Assembly (NCBI GenBank): GCA_963703955.1 | Contig: CAVPGK010000011.1 | Location: 96,001-160,000, forward strand | Source of the DNA: Nitrospirota bacterium | Lineage (GTDB): Bacteria; Nitrospirota; Nitrospiria; Nitrospirales; Nitrospiraceae | DNA length: 64,000 nucleotides | Direction of reading: 5' to 3' | In this document: piece after piece, positions 38,721 through 49,572 of the stretch | Numbering within the stretch: the stretch's first letter is position 1 | Layout: every line of letters begins with the position of its first letter | The notes under the pieces: model-generated | What the model was told of the DNA's origin: nothing | The model's database searches: none | Seen by the model: the letters and a program-made list of their open reading frames with translations, nothing else | Translations under genes and position numbers: made by a program

Positions 38721-39193
38721 ATGACGCACGTGCGACATGCCTTGCACTATGCAGTCCAAGGAGCAGTGTTTTTCCTCGTCCTTCTGTTCGGGTGCGCGAC
38801 AGGAAACGGCGAGCGAACGCCTGAGTCAATCGATGTTCTCCTCCCGTCACCTGAGGATGAAGTCCGGGCGGCGGTGATTCAAGTTCTGACAGAGGATGGA
38901 TACTCCATTCGCAGCAGCGCCGAACCAGGAACGGGTGATCAGCACGGACTATCGAGAGGAAATCAACGGTATCTGGGATCGACTCCTGGTCTACGTGTTT
39001 TGGCGTCGATCGCAGCCGGGTGGATGCCAGCCTCACGGCTGAAGATCAGACCCACACACGGCTGAGTATTCAGGTCACCTACGAAGCCAGATCGCATTTC
39101 TGGTCCTCCTGGCAAGAGGAGGACCCGGCCGCACTCGCCCGCAACCCCGCCACACAGGTCCGACAGGTCAAGAACGTTCTCGGCCTCTTGTAA
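38721..39193 (+). pseudogene. Lipoprotein with two +1 frameshifts (~38925, ~39000)
   Basis: LFGC lipobox. Reading continues as QERVISTDYREE..LVYV and then FGVDRSRVDA..KNVLGLL* in successive frames. Confidence 0.65.
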
Positions 39194-39258
39194 GGGCCGT
39201 TGTGAGTGATCAGTCTTGAGTTCGGGTTGTGTAAACTACCCCAAGGCTCATTCAAGAT

Positions 39259-40656
39259 TCATTCAGATATCTCCTCCCCTAATGCCAATCCGAAGCGTTC
39301 GGCCATGCGATACAGCGTGCGGCGATCGATCCCCAGGATTTTCGCGGCCCGCACCTTGTTGCCACCGGTTTCCCGCAACACTCTGACCAGGTAGCGCTTT
39401 TCCATTTCATCGAGCGGGACCAGATCGTGATCATGCCCTTCCAAGTCCCCGACCGCTCGAGTCAGGTCTTCCTTCTTGCCCTGCTTGAACTCATCCGGCA
39501 GATCTTCCGGGAAGATCAGGGGACCGGCGGCGAGGGACACGGCGCGCTCGATGACGTTTTCGAGCTCGCGGACGTTTCCCGGCCAGTGATACTGCTGAAA
39601 AAGCGTCATCGTCTCGGGCACAAAACCTCTGATCGGCTGCGGATTCGCCGACGAGACCTTTTGCAAAAAATAGTGAGCCAGCATGGGAATGTCATCCTGC
39701 CGCTTGCGCAAGGCCGGGAGCACGATGCGCACAACGTTTAACCGGTAGAACAGATCCTCTCGAAATTTCCCTTCCTTCACGAGCTGGGCCATATCCTTGT
39801 TCGTCGCGGCGATCAGGCGAACATCGACCTTCGTGGAGGTTGTTCCTCCCACTCGCCGGACTTCCTGTTCTTGGATGACGCGGAGCAGCTTGACTTGAAG
39901 CGCGGGACCGATATCTCCGATCTCGTCCAGAAACAACGTCCCTTCGTGCGCGCTTTCAAACAGCCCCTTCTTGGCGACGATGGCGCCGGTGAAGGCCCCT
40001 TTTTCGTGCCCGAAGAGCTCGGACTCCAAGAGCGTGTCCGGTAGGGCTGCGCAGTTGACCGGAACAAACGACCGATCACGCCGAGGGCCGTTCGAGTGAA
40101 TCGCCCGGGCCACGAGCTCCTTGCCCGTCCCGCTCTCACCTTCGATCAGCACTGTGCTCTTACCGGATGAGACGCGAGCGATAAGCTTGTACACCTCCAG
40201 CATGGGCGGAGTGTTGCCGACCAGACGGGATTGATCGTGGTGGTCCCGCAGCTCGTCCCGGAATCGGGCATTCTCACGGATCAACCGACTGTGCTCTAAG
40301 CTGCGACGGACCACTAACCTGGCATCATCCGGCTTGAAGGGTTTGGCCAGATAATCATAAGCGCCCTGCTTGATCGCCTCGATGGCGCCTTCCATCGAAC
40401 CGAAGGCGGTCAAGAGCACGACCGACGTGTCCGGGCTGCGCTGCTTGAAGTCACGCAGAACGGCCAGGCCGTCGACATCGCCCATGCGCAGATCCGTCAG
40501 CACGACGTCAAATGGCTTTTGCCGGCCGAGCTCGATGGCTTCGTCACCGCCAGCGGCTTCCTCGACCTCATAACCTTCCTTGCGCAGCATATCTGCGAGC
40601 GACCGCCGCGCATTCTCGTGGTCCTCGACCACAAGAATCCTACCCGGATTGTTCAT
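39259..40656 (-). CDS. Sigma54-dependent response regulator (NtrC/AtoC family)
   Basis: REC domain, GESGTGKE, GAFTGA, WPGNVRELEN, Fis-type HTH. Confidence 0.95.
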   Translation of the reverse strand: MNNPGRILVVEDHENARRSLADMLRKEGYEVEEAAGGDEAIELGRQKPFDVVLTDLRMGDVDGLAVLRDFKQRSPDTSVVLLTAFGSMEGAIEAIKQGAYDYLAKPFKPDDARLVVRRSLEHSRLIRENARFRDELRDHHDQSRLVGNTPPMLEVYKLIARVSSGKSTVLIEGESGTGKELVARAIHSNGPRRDRSFVPVNCAALPDTLLESELFGHEKGAFTGAIVAKKGLFESAHEGTLFLDEIGDIGPALQVKLLRVIQEQEVRRVGGTTSTKVDVRLIAATNKDMAQLVKEGKFREDLFYRLNVVRIVLPALRKRQDDIPMLAHYFLQKVSSANPQPIRGFVPETMTLFQQYHWPGNVRELENVIERAVSLAAGPLIFPEDLPDEFKQGKKEDLTRAVGDLEGHDHDLVPLDEMEKRYLVRVLRETGGNKVRAAKILGIDRRTLYRMAERFGLALGEEISE

Positions 40657-41827
40657 CGGCTCCGTCCTTCCCATGCGTCGTGGTGTCGCTCGGCAGGGCA
40701 ATCTCAACCATCGTTCCCTTTCCAACCACGCTGTCGATCGACAGAGAGCCGCCATGGGCGACGATGATTTCACGGCTCAGAAACAGGCCCAAGCCGGTCC
40801 CGTCCCCGACGGCTTTCGTCGTGAAGAACGGCTCAAAGGCCCGTCCGAGATCCTCGTCGGCCATTCCACAACCCGTATCACGCACAGTCAGCGTGACCAT
40901 GGTCTCGAGCAGAAGTTCACCGGTCCCGCGGCGTTCTTCTAATTCTGCGAGCGTCGCCGCACGGCGTCCTACGATAATCACCACTTCACCGCCGGGCTCC
41001 GTTGCCGTCAGCGCGTTCGTCAGGAGATTGACCAGCACCTGTCGGAGCTGCTCCACATTGCCTAGAACGGCCACGGCTTGATTCCCGAGGTCTATTTTAA
41101 GCGCCACCCCCTTGCCCGCGAAAGAGGGCCGCATAAGCGTCACAACGGATTGGACCAACTGGTCAAGCTGCAGAGGCGAATGGGTCGGTTTGGGCTGGCG
41201 GGTGAGCGAGAGCTTTTCCCTGATGATGCGAACGACCCGATTGAGTTCCGACTCGATGATCTCGATGGTCTTCCGCATTTCCGGCGTCAGATGGATGTCT
41301 TCAGACAGCGACTGCACCTGCCAAGCGATCGAGTGCAGCGGCGTCCCTACTTCGTGCGCGACCGATGATGCGAGAAGACCCAACGCGGCGAGTCGCTCCG
41401 ATCGATTCAAGGCATCTTTGACCTCGACTAGTTGAGCATTGGCCTGCAACAGCTCCGCTCGAGCCGCTTCCTCACGAGCCTTTCGCTCCTCCCGGGTCAT
41501 GGCGAAATATGCGACGCCGAGCAGCACACCGGCGACGACGCTTCGGTTGATGACGGCGGCCACGAATCGTCCGGGTTTGGTGGGACTCAGCAAGCCTGCA
41601 TAGGTGGCTGCCATGCACAGCACCACTGTCAGGACCATGAGCCGGCGATTTCTAGTTGTCGCCACAAGAAGGATCGGAAGGACATACCCGTAGGCCACCA
41701 CCACGTTTGCCGGGGCGCCGACTTCGATGAGAACGATCGCCAGCATGAGAAACGCGGCGATCGTCAAGACCAGCAGGTGGCTGTGCGGCCCGGCTTTTCG
41801 CCTAGAAGGCCAGGGGAACCATGCCAT
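40640..41827 (-). CDS. Membrane sensor histidine kinase
   Basis: N-terminal TM helices, AHEVGTPL, NLLTNA, DTGCGM, GTGLGL. Confidence 0.92.
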   Translation of the reverse strand: MAWFPWPSRRKAGPHSHLLVLTIAAFLMLAIVLIEVGAPANVVVAYGYVLPILLVATTRNRRLMVLTVVLCMAATYAGLLSPTKPGRFVAAVINRSVVAGVLLGVAYFAMTREERKAREEAARAELLQANAQLVEVKDALNRSERLAALGLLASSVAHEVGTPLHSIAWQVQSLSEDIHLTPEMRKTIEIIESELNRVVRIIREKLSLTRQPKPTHSPLQLDQLVQSVVTLMRPSFAGKGVALKIDLGNQAVAVLGNVEQLRQVLVNLLTNALTATEPGGEVVIIVGRRAATLAELEERRGTGELLLETMVTLTVRDTGCGMADEDLGRAFEPFFTTKAVGDGTGLGLFLSREIIVAHGGSLSIDSVVGKGTMVEIALPSDTTTHGKDGADEQSG

Positions 41828-41870
41828 GTTTCTCAGTGATCGATGTCCATGTAACAGCAGAGGAGCGCCA

Positions 41871-44138
41871 CTACGATGGAGATGAACCCTGCTGAGGACG
41901 AATGTTCCGAAGTACGGCCGCCAATCGCTGAGGACGCGGATCGACTCGCAGCGCATCCAGCGCAAGAGGAATCTTAAGAGACCAGTTCGGATAGGCGTCC
42001 ACGGTGCCGGGAAGGTTGACCTGAGCCCGCTCACCGAGCATATCTTCGAGACTCACCAACAGCAGACGGGACGGCGTTCGCGCGACATACGCATGGACAG
42101 CCTCAGCGAGCTCCAGAGACCAGTCGAACGAATCCGACCATGTCTTGCTGTCGCCGGCCAACACCCCTTCAGTCAGCAACGCCTGCAGGATGCGCGCCTT
42201 GTCCCTTCGCCGTTCATCCAACGCGGCCCGATACGCCCCCTCCTCGGCATACAGACCGAGCTTCTGCCGGAGTTCGATGTCCTCTGTCGCCCAGTAGCCT
42301 GCCAGGGTCGGCAGGTCATGAGTGGACACCACCGCCAGGGCATCTTGGGGATACTCACGCACCGTTTTCCATTCTCCGTCCTGTTGTCGCTCGAAATAAA
42401 ACACGCGGTACGACAGCACTCGATAAGCAGCCAACTTTTCGCGGACGAAATCCGGCACGGTTCCCAGATCCTCTCCCACGATGACGGTGCGATGCCGGAC
42501 ACTTTCAAGCGCCAGGATACCCAGAAGGTCCTCCCACGGGTACCGCACGTAGGCGCCGGCCGACGCCGGCATCCCGCGAGGCACCCAGAACAGACGAAAT
42601 AGCGCCAAGACATGATCGATTCTCAGCGCGCCACCGTTGGTTAAATTGTTTCGCAGTAGGTGGATAAACATCCGGTACCCATCGTGGCGGAGGCGGTGTG
42701 GAATCACCGGGGGCAGCCCCCAGTTTTGCCCTTCGAGCGCGAAGTCGTCTGGAGGCGCGCCGCATTCGGCGCTCAGCGCCAGCACATCTTGAAACATCCA
42801 AGCATCACTGCCCGTGCGATCACTGCCGAGAGCTAGGTCATGATAGAGCCCGAGGGGCATCTCGAGTTCTTCGGCCCGCCGGGATACGGCCTGGAGCTGC
42901 TCCGACGCCACCCATTGCACATACTGATGAAATCGGATGAGCGGCCGATGGGCAGTTCGATAGGCTCCAACGGCCGGCGAACGGGCATCGCGATATTGCT
43001 CAGGCCATTCCTGCCAGACCCGGTGACCCGTTCCTTCCTGAGACAGCGTTTCGGATAGCGCCTGAAACACGGCAAACGTTTCCAGTAGGTCTCCCTGCTG
43101 CCGTACATAATGTTCGAAGGCGCGGCCCCGTGATGTGCGAGGCTCTAGTGTGTCGCCCTGCACCCCGCAGTGTCGCTCCTGAAAAGTCCCAAAGAGCGTC
43201 TTGAGGACCTTGCGCTTCACGGCGCACACCTGTTCATAGTTCACGGTTTCCTGCTCCCGCAATACCTCCAGCCTAGAACGAAATGGCTCGTCTTCCAGGA
43301 GTTGCTGAGCCTCGGGGCATTCGGACCATTCCGGAATCCGCTCTATAGCGAGGTAGAGCATGTTGAGCCACAACCGGCTGTCCGGAGAGTAGGGGCTGAT
43401 ATGGAAGGGCCGTGAATTTTTCAACGCATGGAGAGGATTGATTCCGATCATCCCGGCTCCGAGGTCCGTCGCGGCCCACTCTACGCAGTCCGCCAGGTCG
43501 CCGAAATCACCCACCCCCCAATTGGTCGAAGACCGAAGCGAATAGAGCTGCAAGGAGAGGCCCCACGTACGAACGCCCTCATCCAAGCGGGGGGGCATAT
43601 AACATTGTGTGGGGGTCAAGATAAGGCGCAGTCTGCCTTCGACACACCGCGAAGGAGCCGACCCGGTTGCGGTCAGATCGTAATAGCCAATCTCCAAACC
43701 TGTCGGGAGCGGAAGTTCGAACCGAACATAACGTTCGTTGTTGATGACATGTGTTTCCACTGGAATGAGGTTCAGCCCGGCTTCTTCCGTAACCCGACAG
43801 CCACCATTCTCATCCTGGATTGTCCACTCGATCCGTAGGGCCTGATCCTCGTCGGCCTTAGCCGGCATGCGGAATGACCACGTCTTAGCCCGCTCTTCTT
43901 CCATCCGGCAGACCAAGACAGGATCGCAGGGAGTCCGCCAGACCGCATCCTGAGACTCCGCCAACTCGCGAGCAACATCCTCCTCGGTCTCAACCTTTAC
44001 GCCCATAGCCCCAAGAATCGCGCGCTTGGTGTCCGCGCTGGTCACATGGCGTTGCCCAAAAATGTCGTGATAGTCGGAGACAATGCCGAAACGGTCTGAC
44101 AACTCGTCAAGCCTTGCCTGTGCGGGCGGCGAGGACAT
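41871..44138 (-). CDS. malQ: 4-alpha-glucanotransferase (GH77)
   Basis: QLYSLRS..WGVGDF, SPYSP, DLALG, GQNWGLP, RIDH, GEDLG, THDLPT. Confidence 0.95.
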   Translation of the reverse strand: MSSPPAQARLDELSDRFGIVSDYHDIFGQRHVTSADTKRAILGAMGVKVETEEDVARELAESQDAVWRTPCDPVLVCRMEEERAKTWSFRMPAKADEDQALRIEWTIQDENGGCRVTEEAGLNLIPVETHVINNERYVRFELPLPTGLEIGYYDLTATGSAPSRCVEGRLRLILTPTQCYMPPRLDEGVRTWGLSLQLYSLRSSTNWGVGDFGDLADCVEWAATDLGAGMIGINPLHALKNSRPFHISPYSPDSRLWLNMLYLAIERIPEWSECPEAQQLLEDEPFRSRLEVLREQETVNYEQVCAVKRKVLKTLFGTFQERHCGVQGDTLEPRTSRGRAFEHYVRQQGDLLETFAVFQALSETLSQEGTGHRVWQEWPEQYRDARSPAVGAYRTAHRPLIRFHQYVQWVASEQLQAVSRRAEELEMPLGLYHDLALGSDRTGSDAWMFQDVLALSAECGAPPDDFALEGQNWGLPPVIPHRLRHDGYRMFIHLLRNNLTNGGALRIDHVLALFRLFWVPRGMPASAGAYVRYPWEDLLGILALESVRHRTVIVGEDLGTVPDFVREKLAAYRVLSYRVFYFERQQDGEWKTVREYPQDALAVVSTHDLPTLAGYWATEDIELRQKLGLYAEEGAYRAALDERRRDKARILQALLTEGVLAGDSKTWSDSFDWSLELAEAVHAYVARTPSRLLLVSLEDMLGERAQVNLPGTVDAYPNWSLKIPLALDALRVDPRPQRLAAVLRNIRPQQGSSPS

Positions 44139-44306
44139 GAGGTGAGTCTATCCTGGATATCCGCAAATATCCACTGTGGTAGACCCGTTGGCAAAAAACC
44201 ACAAGAAGGCGACCCGGAAGATGGCAGCGCAACGAATGATTGGAGTACAATCGCCCATAGGCAGGTCTGCCAGACAGGTAATCATCACGGGGTGGAGGAG
44301 GTGGCC

Positions 44307-44774
44307 ATGAACAGGCAGGTCACACGGTTCACAATCTTCATATTGGTCGGAGGGGTGGTAACAGCCTCAACCATGGGGTGCGTGGCCAGCGGGACTCATG
44401 AACAGGCGGTGCGGAACGTCGAGTTGCGGCTTCAAAGCGAACAACGGCTCGCTCAGGAGTTGATCACGAGTAACAAGGAATTACGGTTCCGTGTTGCCGA
44501 GCTGGAAGCCACGCTCCGCGGCCTGCGTGAGCAGTTCACGCGGATAGACAAAGACTGGAAAGACGCTCGCGACGAGCTCCTCAAAATCAAGATGGAAAAA
44601 GAGCAGACCACTCTCGGGCGAGAGCGTTTTAGTTACCTGGATCGACCGGATCTCGGACCGGAGAACCGGCTGAAGCCGCAAGAACGAGCAGAGGATGCCG
44701 TGCAACGGGCCAGAGAGTTGCTACGACAACTTCAGATCATTCTCGAACAATTTATCGGACGGGAGCCTCTCTAA
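44307..44774 (+). CDS. Coiled-coil putative lipoprotein
   Basis: GGAGG RBS, TMGC lipobox-like signal, long heptad region. Confidence 0.7.
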   Translation: MNRQVTRFTIFILVGGVVTASTMGCVASGTHEQAVRNVELRLQSEQRLAQELITSNKELRFRVAELEATLRGLREQFTRIDKDWKDARDELLKIKMEKEQTTLGRERFSYLDRPDLGPENRLKPQERAEDAVQRARELLRQLQIILEQFIGREPL

Positions 44775-44816
44775 CTAGAAGATCTCCCCGCGTAGAGGCT
44801 CCCTAGACTGCTGCCG

Positions 44817-45656
44817 TCACTGGCTGGCGGCCGATATCGGTGGAAGGTTGATCCCAATCTTTTCCATTCCCATGATGATGGTCAAAGCCGACGGAGCGTG
44901 TTTGACGATTTCTAGCTGGACTTCCACCCGCCTGAGATCGACAAACTCGGGTGCGGTCAATCCCAGGTGCTCCCGATACGCCCGATCGGCAATACCCCGC
45001 TGCTTTTCAGCCTTCTCTCTGGCTTCCTCGGCTTTTTGAGCCTCGACCATTGTGAGTTTCCGCTGCTCCTGAATAATCGTCTGGGCGGTCTGCTCCAGTA
45101 CGCCCTTCGGCGGTAAAATGCTGCCGATGACGACCCGATTGACTTTGACAGGGATAGCCTGTTTTTCAATGACCTTGGTCTTCACCTCCTGCTCGACAGT
45201 CTCCTGAAGTTTGGCCCGCGTAGCCGGCCTGGTGGTCAGTTCAAACAGCGGGTACTTCTGCACCTCTTCCCTGACGAACGTCCGGAAGGCTTCCTTGACG
45301 TTATTCATATACCAGTTGGGACCAAACTTGCTGACCAGTTCCGGCGTTCGCCCTTCGATGGCATTGGCGATCATAAAGGCATCGAACGAAACCGGCGCGT
45401 TTTCCGCCGAAATGATATCGAAATGCTCGGAGTGCTGAATCGGACGGACGTCCACATCGATCACCTCGGTTGTGAATGATACGAAGGCACGTCCGGTCTT
45501 GGCTGGCTCCGGGTCCACGCCGCCATGGCCGAATATAAGCGGTTTAGCCACCAGCACCCCTTCGTGGCCGGCATCGATCCCCGGCAGGATACAGCCTGTC
45601 GTCAGAAGTCCGAGCGCTCCCACGATTACTGAAAATCCCCGTCTTGCGCGTATCAT
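44817..45656 (-). CDS. SPFH/Band 7 domain protein
   Basis: IDAGHEGVLV..FGHGGV, C-terminal coiled coil, GGAGG RBS. Confidence 0.85.
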   Translation of the reverse strand: MIRARRGFSVIVGALGLLTTGCILPGIDAGHEGVLVAKPLIFGHGGVDPEPAKTGRAFVSFTTEVIDVDVRPIQHSEHFDIISAENAPVSFDAFMIANAIEGRTPELVSKFGPNWYMNNVKEAFRTFVREEVQKYPLFELTTRPATRAKLQETVEQEVKTKVIEKQAIPVKVNRVVIGSILPPKGVLEQTAQTIIQEQRKLTMVEAQKAEEAREKAEKQRGIADRAYREHLGLTAPEFVDLRRVEVQLEIVKHAPSALTIIMGMEKIGINLPPISAASQ

Positions 45657-45909
45657 GTGTACCTCCAGGTTTAACTGGCCCGCCTCAGGGGCCCATTGAG
45701 CCGATGGCCATCCTTCTCAGATATTCTACGGATCGAGTAATAGCGTAGATCTTGATTCAGCTTATGAGGAACTGCGCAGGGGTGTCAAATCTGCGATCTC
45801 TCAGAGGAGAATCAGACACTTAGAACACCTCTGGGCGGGGGCAAATGGGTCGAAGCGAGTGAGGGATGCGATGGGGGGAGGTTCGACTGAGTACTCTTTT
45901 CGCGTCGGG

Positions 45910-46314
45910 TCACATGATTCCCGCCTGGCGTTGTAACCACCTGACGTACTGGATGATCTGTTCCACATCGGTAGGAGTCACGCCTTCAATTTTGGGCATA
46001 TCGCCGAACTGCCAATGATGGGCGCGGACGCCGTTCGCAGCCGCGCGCTGAAATGCAAAATCCCCATGATGATTCGGTTCATAGATCTTGTGCACCAGTG
46101 GCGGCCCCTGCGCGGTCCCCGTCGCTTGCTGACCATGACACCGAGCACAATTCGTGTTGAATTTAGCTTCGCCTTGCTGAAATTCCATCGGCGCTTTGGC
46201 GGACTCCTGTTTTGCCACGCCTTCCACGACTGCAATCAACATGACCGCGAACCCGACCAGGCCAATGTTTATCAATCGGAAGCGGGCGCTTCCGACAGAG
46301 GTTCTCGACATCAT
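45910..46314 (-). CDS. Exported monoheme cytochrome c
   Basis: CARCH heme motif, GPPLVH, distal Met in GDMP. Confidence 0.9.
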   Translation of the reverse strand: MMSRTSVGSARFRLINIGLVGFAVMLIAVVEGVAKQESAKAPMEFQQGEAKFNTNCARCHGQQATGTAQGPPLVHKIYEPNHHGDFAFQRAAANGVRAHHWQFGDMPKIEGVTPTDVEQIIQYVRWLQRQAGIM

Positions 46315-46484
46315 GTCCTCGATTCGACGTCCTTCGCCTTCTCGCCGTCTTCCTGCTGATGAAACTGCTCGTGGAGCATGTGTTTCACCTGTTTCATCGT
46401 AAGGTACCGGTAGATCCGTGCGGAGATCGGTACCATCACGATCAACGCAATAATCAGGTACATGAAAAATTCTTCCGAGGACAC
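46311..46484 (-). CDS. 57-aa single-TM small protein (absent from the ORF track)
   Basis: GGAG RBS, GTG start, MSSEEFFMYLIIALIVMVPISARIYRY...; the stop overlaps the cytochrome ATG (ATGA). Confidence 0.65.
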   Translation of the reverse strand: MSSEEFFMYLIIALIVMVPISARIYRYLTMKQVKHMLHEQFHQQEDGEKAKDVESRT

Positions 46485-46495
46485 TTCATGAACTC

Positions 46496-47173
46496 CTATC
46501 TGCCGACATATGCGATGGGATCTTGAATGCCCGCCGCCTCGAAGCCTTCAAGGCGAATTCGGCAACTATCGCATCGCCCGCAGGCCGCTGTCGTCGGATC
46601 ATAACAACTATGCGTGAGGTGAAATGGCGCGCCCAGGGACGCCCCGAGCTGAATGATCTCGGCTTTCGACAGACGGAGCAACGGCGCTCGAATTTCCACT
46701 CCCTGGCCCATGACTCCGGCGCGAGTACCGAGCCGCGCCATGTGTTCGAAGGCCGCCAGGTATTCCGGCCGGCAATCGGGATACCCGGAGTAGTCCACGA
46801 TATTAGCTCCAATGTAGATACGTGAGGCGCCCTCACTCTCGGCATAGGCCAGAGCCAGCGACAGAAAGACCGTGTTGCGTGCCGGGACATACGTTCCGGG
46901 AATGCCTTCCCGCCGCTGATGATCGGAGCGATCCTTGGGGACCTCCTGGTCCGCCGTGAGCGCAGAACCACCGATGGCCCGCAAGTCCACTTCCAACACG
47001 AGATGTTTGACTGCCCCCAAATCCGCCGCGATCTCACTGGCGCGTCTCACCTCGATTCCATGCCGCTGCCCGTACGCAACGGTCAGCAAATACAGGACAC
47101 ATCCCTCTTGCCTAGCCACGGCTGCGGTGACCGTAGAATCCAATCCCCCACTAGCCAGCACCACCGCCTTCAT
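46496..47173 (-). CDS. queC: 7-cyano-7-deazaguanine synthase
   Basis: SGGLDS, YGQRH, TYVPARN, GYPDCR, CGRCDSC. Confidence 0.96.
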   Translation of the reverse strand: MKAVVLASGGLDSTVTAAVARQEGCVLYLLTVAYGQRHGIEVRRASEIAADLGAVKHLVLEVDLRAIGGSALTADQEVPKDRSDHQRREGIPGTYVPARNTVFLSLALAYAESEGASRIYIGANIVDYSGYPDCRPEYLAAFEHMARLGTRAGVMGQGVEIRAPLLRLSKAEIIQLGASLGAPFHLTHSCYDPTTAACGRCDSCRIRLEGFEAAGIQDPIAYVGR

Positions 47174-47246
47174 CTTACTCTCTCAGGTGAGGAGGACGGG
47201 TGGGTTACCATTCTTGGCACACCCTGGCCATCTATCCCCGATCACA

Positions 47247-47344
47247 GATGAGGGGTGGTGGGGCTAGCCAACTGCGGCCGTCGAGTGAGCACAGTCTTAT
47301 CGTACGCGCTCCGGGAGCACTGGCTAGCCCTTCCGCTCCTCATC
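47247..47344. repeat. Long imperfect inverted repeat (REP-like hairpin)
   Basis: 24-nt arms at 47247-47270 and 47321-47344 with a perfect 10-bp core GGGCTAGCCA/TGGCTAGCCC. Confidence 0.6.
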
Positions 47345-47900
47345 AATCCCTTTCCTCACCTTTCTCAATCTTCTCAATCAATTCTTGCTGGGATTGGCAC
47401 TCCACGCAAAGTTTCGCGAACGGCACCGCCTCCAAGCGTCGTTCGCTGATTTCGGCCCCGCACTCCGCGCAGACACCATAACTGCCTTCTGCCACGCGCG
47501 TGAGCGCTTCGTCGATGAGCTGTCGCTTTCGGTTCTGCATCTCCAGCAAGGAAATCCCCAACTCCCGTTCTAGATCTATCATAGCCTGATCGCCCACATC
47601 CTTCGAGGATTCCGAGCGACGTTGCTCATCATCCGTCACCGACTGTCCCAGGATATCTTTGATCTGAGCAAGAATCTCTTGGCGTTTCTTCGTCAACATC
47701 AAATGCAAGGCCTCGCGGCGCTTGGCTTGAACCGAGTCGCCGCTTTTTCCCCTGCTGTCCGGCCCGGACTTTCTCGAGCCGGCGGCCTCGGTATGCGTTC
47801 CGTCAGCCGTGGTCGCGCTCGATCTGGCTTTCGAAGCGGTTTTTCTGTCCGACGTGGTTTGTTTCTTGACCTTGTCCGTCATGTCTCTGATTCGCTCCAT
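47343..47900 (-). CDS. DksA/TraR-family C4 zinc-finger protein
   Basis: Coiled-coil tip DVGDQA; YGVCAECG..ERRLEAVPFAKLCVECQ. Start may be 47882. Confidence 0.9.
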   Translation of the reverse strand: MERIRDMTDKVKKQTTSDRKTASKARSSATTADGTHTEAAGSRKSGPDSRGKSGDSVQAKRREALHLMLTKKRQEILAQIKDILGQSVTDDEQRRSESSKDVGDQAMIDLERELGISLLEMQNRKRQLIDEALTRVAEGSYGVCAECGAEISERRLEAVPFAKLCVECQSQQELIEKIEKGEERD

Positions 47901-48031
47901 CTGCTGATAAACATGATAAGAAAGTCGCGTATTCTAAACACGGAGGATCCCTTTTGACAAGGGTTCTGGAAACCTTTGGACCGTACCCCCGAGGTCAGGT
48001 GACGAGCGATTGACAGGAGAGTGCGGAGGGG

Positions 48032-48547
48032 CTAGGAATACGTAACGAGGGAGTGAATGTCGCAGCCATTGAGTTTCTCCCGCCCCTTTAGAGCGGCGAG
48101 CTCAACGAGAAAGACGAGTCCCACCATCTGGCCTCCGAGTTGGCGGACCAGCTTGACCGTCGCCGCAGCGGTTCCACCGGTGGCCAGAAGGTCATCGACG
48201 ATCAAGACCTGTTCTCCCTCTTCAATCGCGTCACGGTGGATCGTAAGCGAGTTTGAGCCATATTCCAAGTTGTACTGAACCTCAAAGGTATGGGCCGGAA
48301 GCTTGCCGGGCTTGCGAACCGGAATGAATCCTGCCCCGAGACGGTAGGCTAACGGCGCACCAAAAATAAACCCGCGCGACTCGATCCCGATGACCTTGGC
48401 GATACGTTTCTCCCGGTACCGGAAGGTCAGCTCGTCCACGATTGACCGAAATGCAGGAGCGTCTTTCAATAGGGTCGTAATGTCATAAAAGAGGATACCG
48501 GGCTTGGGAAAGTCAGGAACCTCACGAATCAGCGATTTGTAATCCAT
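48032..48547 (-). CDS. apt: Adenine phosphoribosyltransferase
   Basis: [24 protein letters not shown]. Confidence 0.97.
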   Translation of the reverse strand: MDYKSLIREVPDFPKPGILFYDITTLLKDAPAFRSIVDELTFRYREKRIAKVIGIESRGFIFGAPLAYRLGAGFIPVRKPGKLPAHTFEVQYNLEYGSNSLTIHRDAIEEGEQVLIVDDLLATGGTAAATVKLVRQLGGQMVGLVFLVELAALKGREKLNGCDIHSLVTYS

Positions 48548-48570
48548 CCACCATCTCTCGGTGATGCTGG

Positions 48571-49548
48571 TTACAACAAGTCGTCCTGTTTCATCGTCTT
48601 TTTCTCTATGGTCGCGCGCAGCTTCACCAGGGCGGCCGTCTCGATCTGCCGGACGCGTTCACGCGTCAATCCCAAGGTTTGACCGATCTCTTCCAGCGTG
48701 TGCGCCTCGCCGCCGTCCAACCCAAACCGGAGCACAATCACGGTCTTCTCTTTTTCCGGCAATTCATGAATCCATTCCATCAGATTTTCGCGCCGCCGCA
48801 CGCCTTCCGCCGTCATCGCGGGAGAGACGCCTACTGGATCTTCGATGACGTCTCGCAAAAAGGTTCCGGTCCGCTCGCTGATCGGACTATCCAACGAATA
48901 GGTTGTCCGGATCAATTGCTTGAGATCGGTCACCTCCCGTTCCGAGAGCTTTAGACGCTCTGCAATTTCATGGACCTTCGGTTCTCGTCCAAGTTCCTGG
49001 ACCAGTTGCTCGAGTTCTGAGAGGTATTTGTTTAGGCGTTCCACTACATGGACGGGCAACCGGATAATCTTCGCTTGATTGATGATCGCCCGCTCGATGA
49101 ATTGCCGGATCCACCAGGAGGCATAGGTGCTGAACCGGAACCCTCGCTGGTAGTTGAATTTCTCGACTGCCTTGATTAGCCCGATATTCCCTTCCTCCAC
49201 AATATCCGAAAACGGGAGCCCCCGATTCATATAGCGCTTGCCGATACTGACGACGAGTCTCAGATTGGATTCGATCATTTGCTCGCGTGCGCGGAAGTCG
49301 CCCTCGGCAATCCGCTTGCCGAGCTCCTGCTCTTGCTCGAAGTTCAGGAGAGTCGATTTGCGGATATCTTTGAGGTAACTCTTGACGGCATCCAGGCCTT
49401 CATAGCGAGTGTCTTTGGAGTCCCGGCTTTCTCGATGGGGCGAATCGAACTCCGAGGACTCGCCGAGGGAAACCTCGTCTTCGTCTTTCTCGTCCTCTTC
49501 CGCGCCAGTGCCGATCGATTCGTTCAGATCATCGTCATCGCGAGCCAT
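48571..49548 (-). CDS. Sigma70-family factor, RpoS-like (no region 1.1)
   Basis: [38 protein letters not shown]. Confidence 0.9.
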   Translation of the reverse strand: MARDDDDLNESIGTGAEEDEKDEDEVSLGESSEFDSPHRESRDSKDTRYEGLDAVKSYLKDIRKSTLLNFEQEQELGKRIAEGDFRAREQMIESNLRLVVSIGKRYMNRGLPFSDIVEEGNIGLIKAVEKFNYQRGFRFSTYASWWIRQFIERAIINQAKIIRLPVHVVERLNKYLSELEQLVQELGREPKVHEIAERLKLSEREVTDLKQLIRTTYSLDSPISERTGTFLRDVIEDPVGVSPAMTAEGVRRRENLMEWIHELPEKEKTVIVLRFGLDGGEAHTLEEIGQTLGLTRERVRQIETAALVKLRATIEKKTMKQDDLL

Positions 49549-49572
49549 GACTACTCCTGAATAGGGAATTGA

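Noticed and set aside
45840..45905. GGTTCGACT T-loop-like motif
   Set aside because: No cloverleaf or acceptor stem can be formed.
47174..47246. preQ1 riboswitch upstream of queC
   Set aside because: No matching stem-loop plus A-rich tail is visible.
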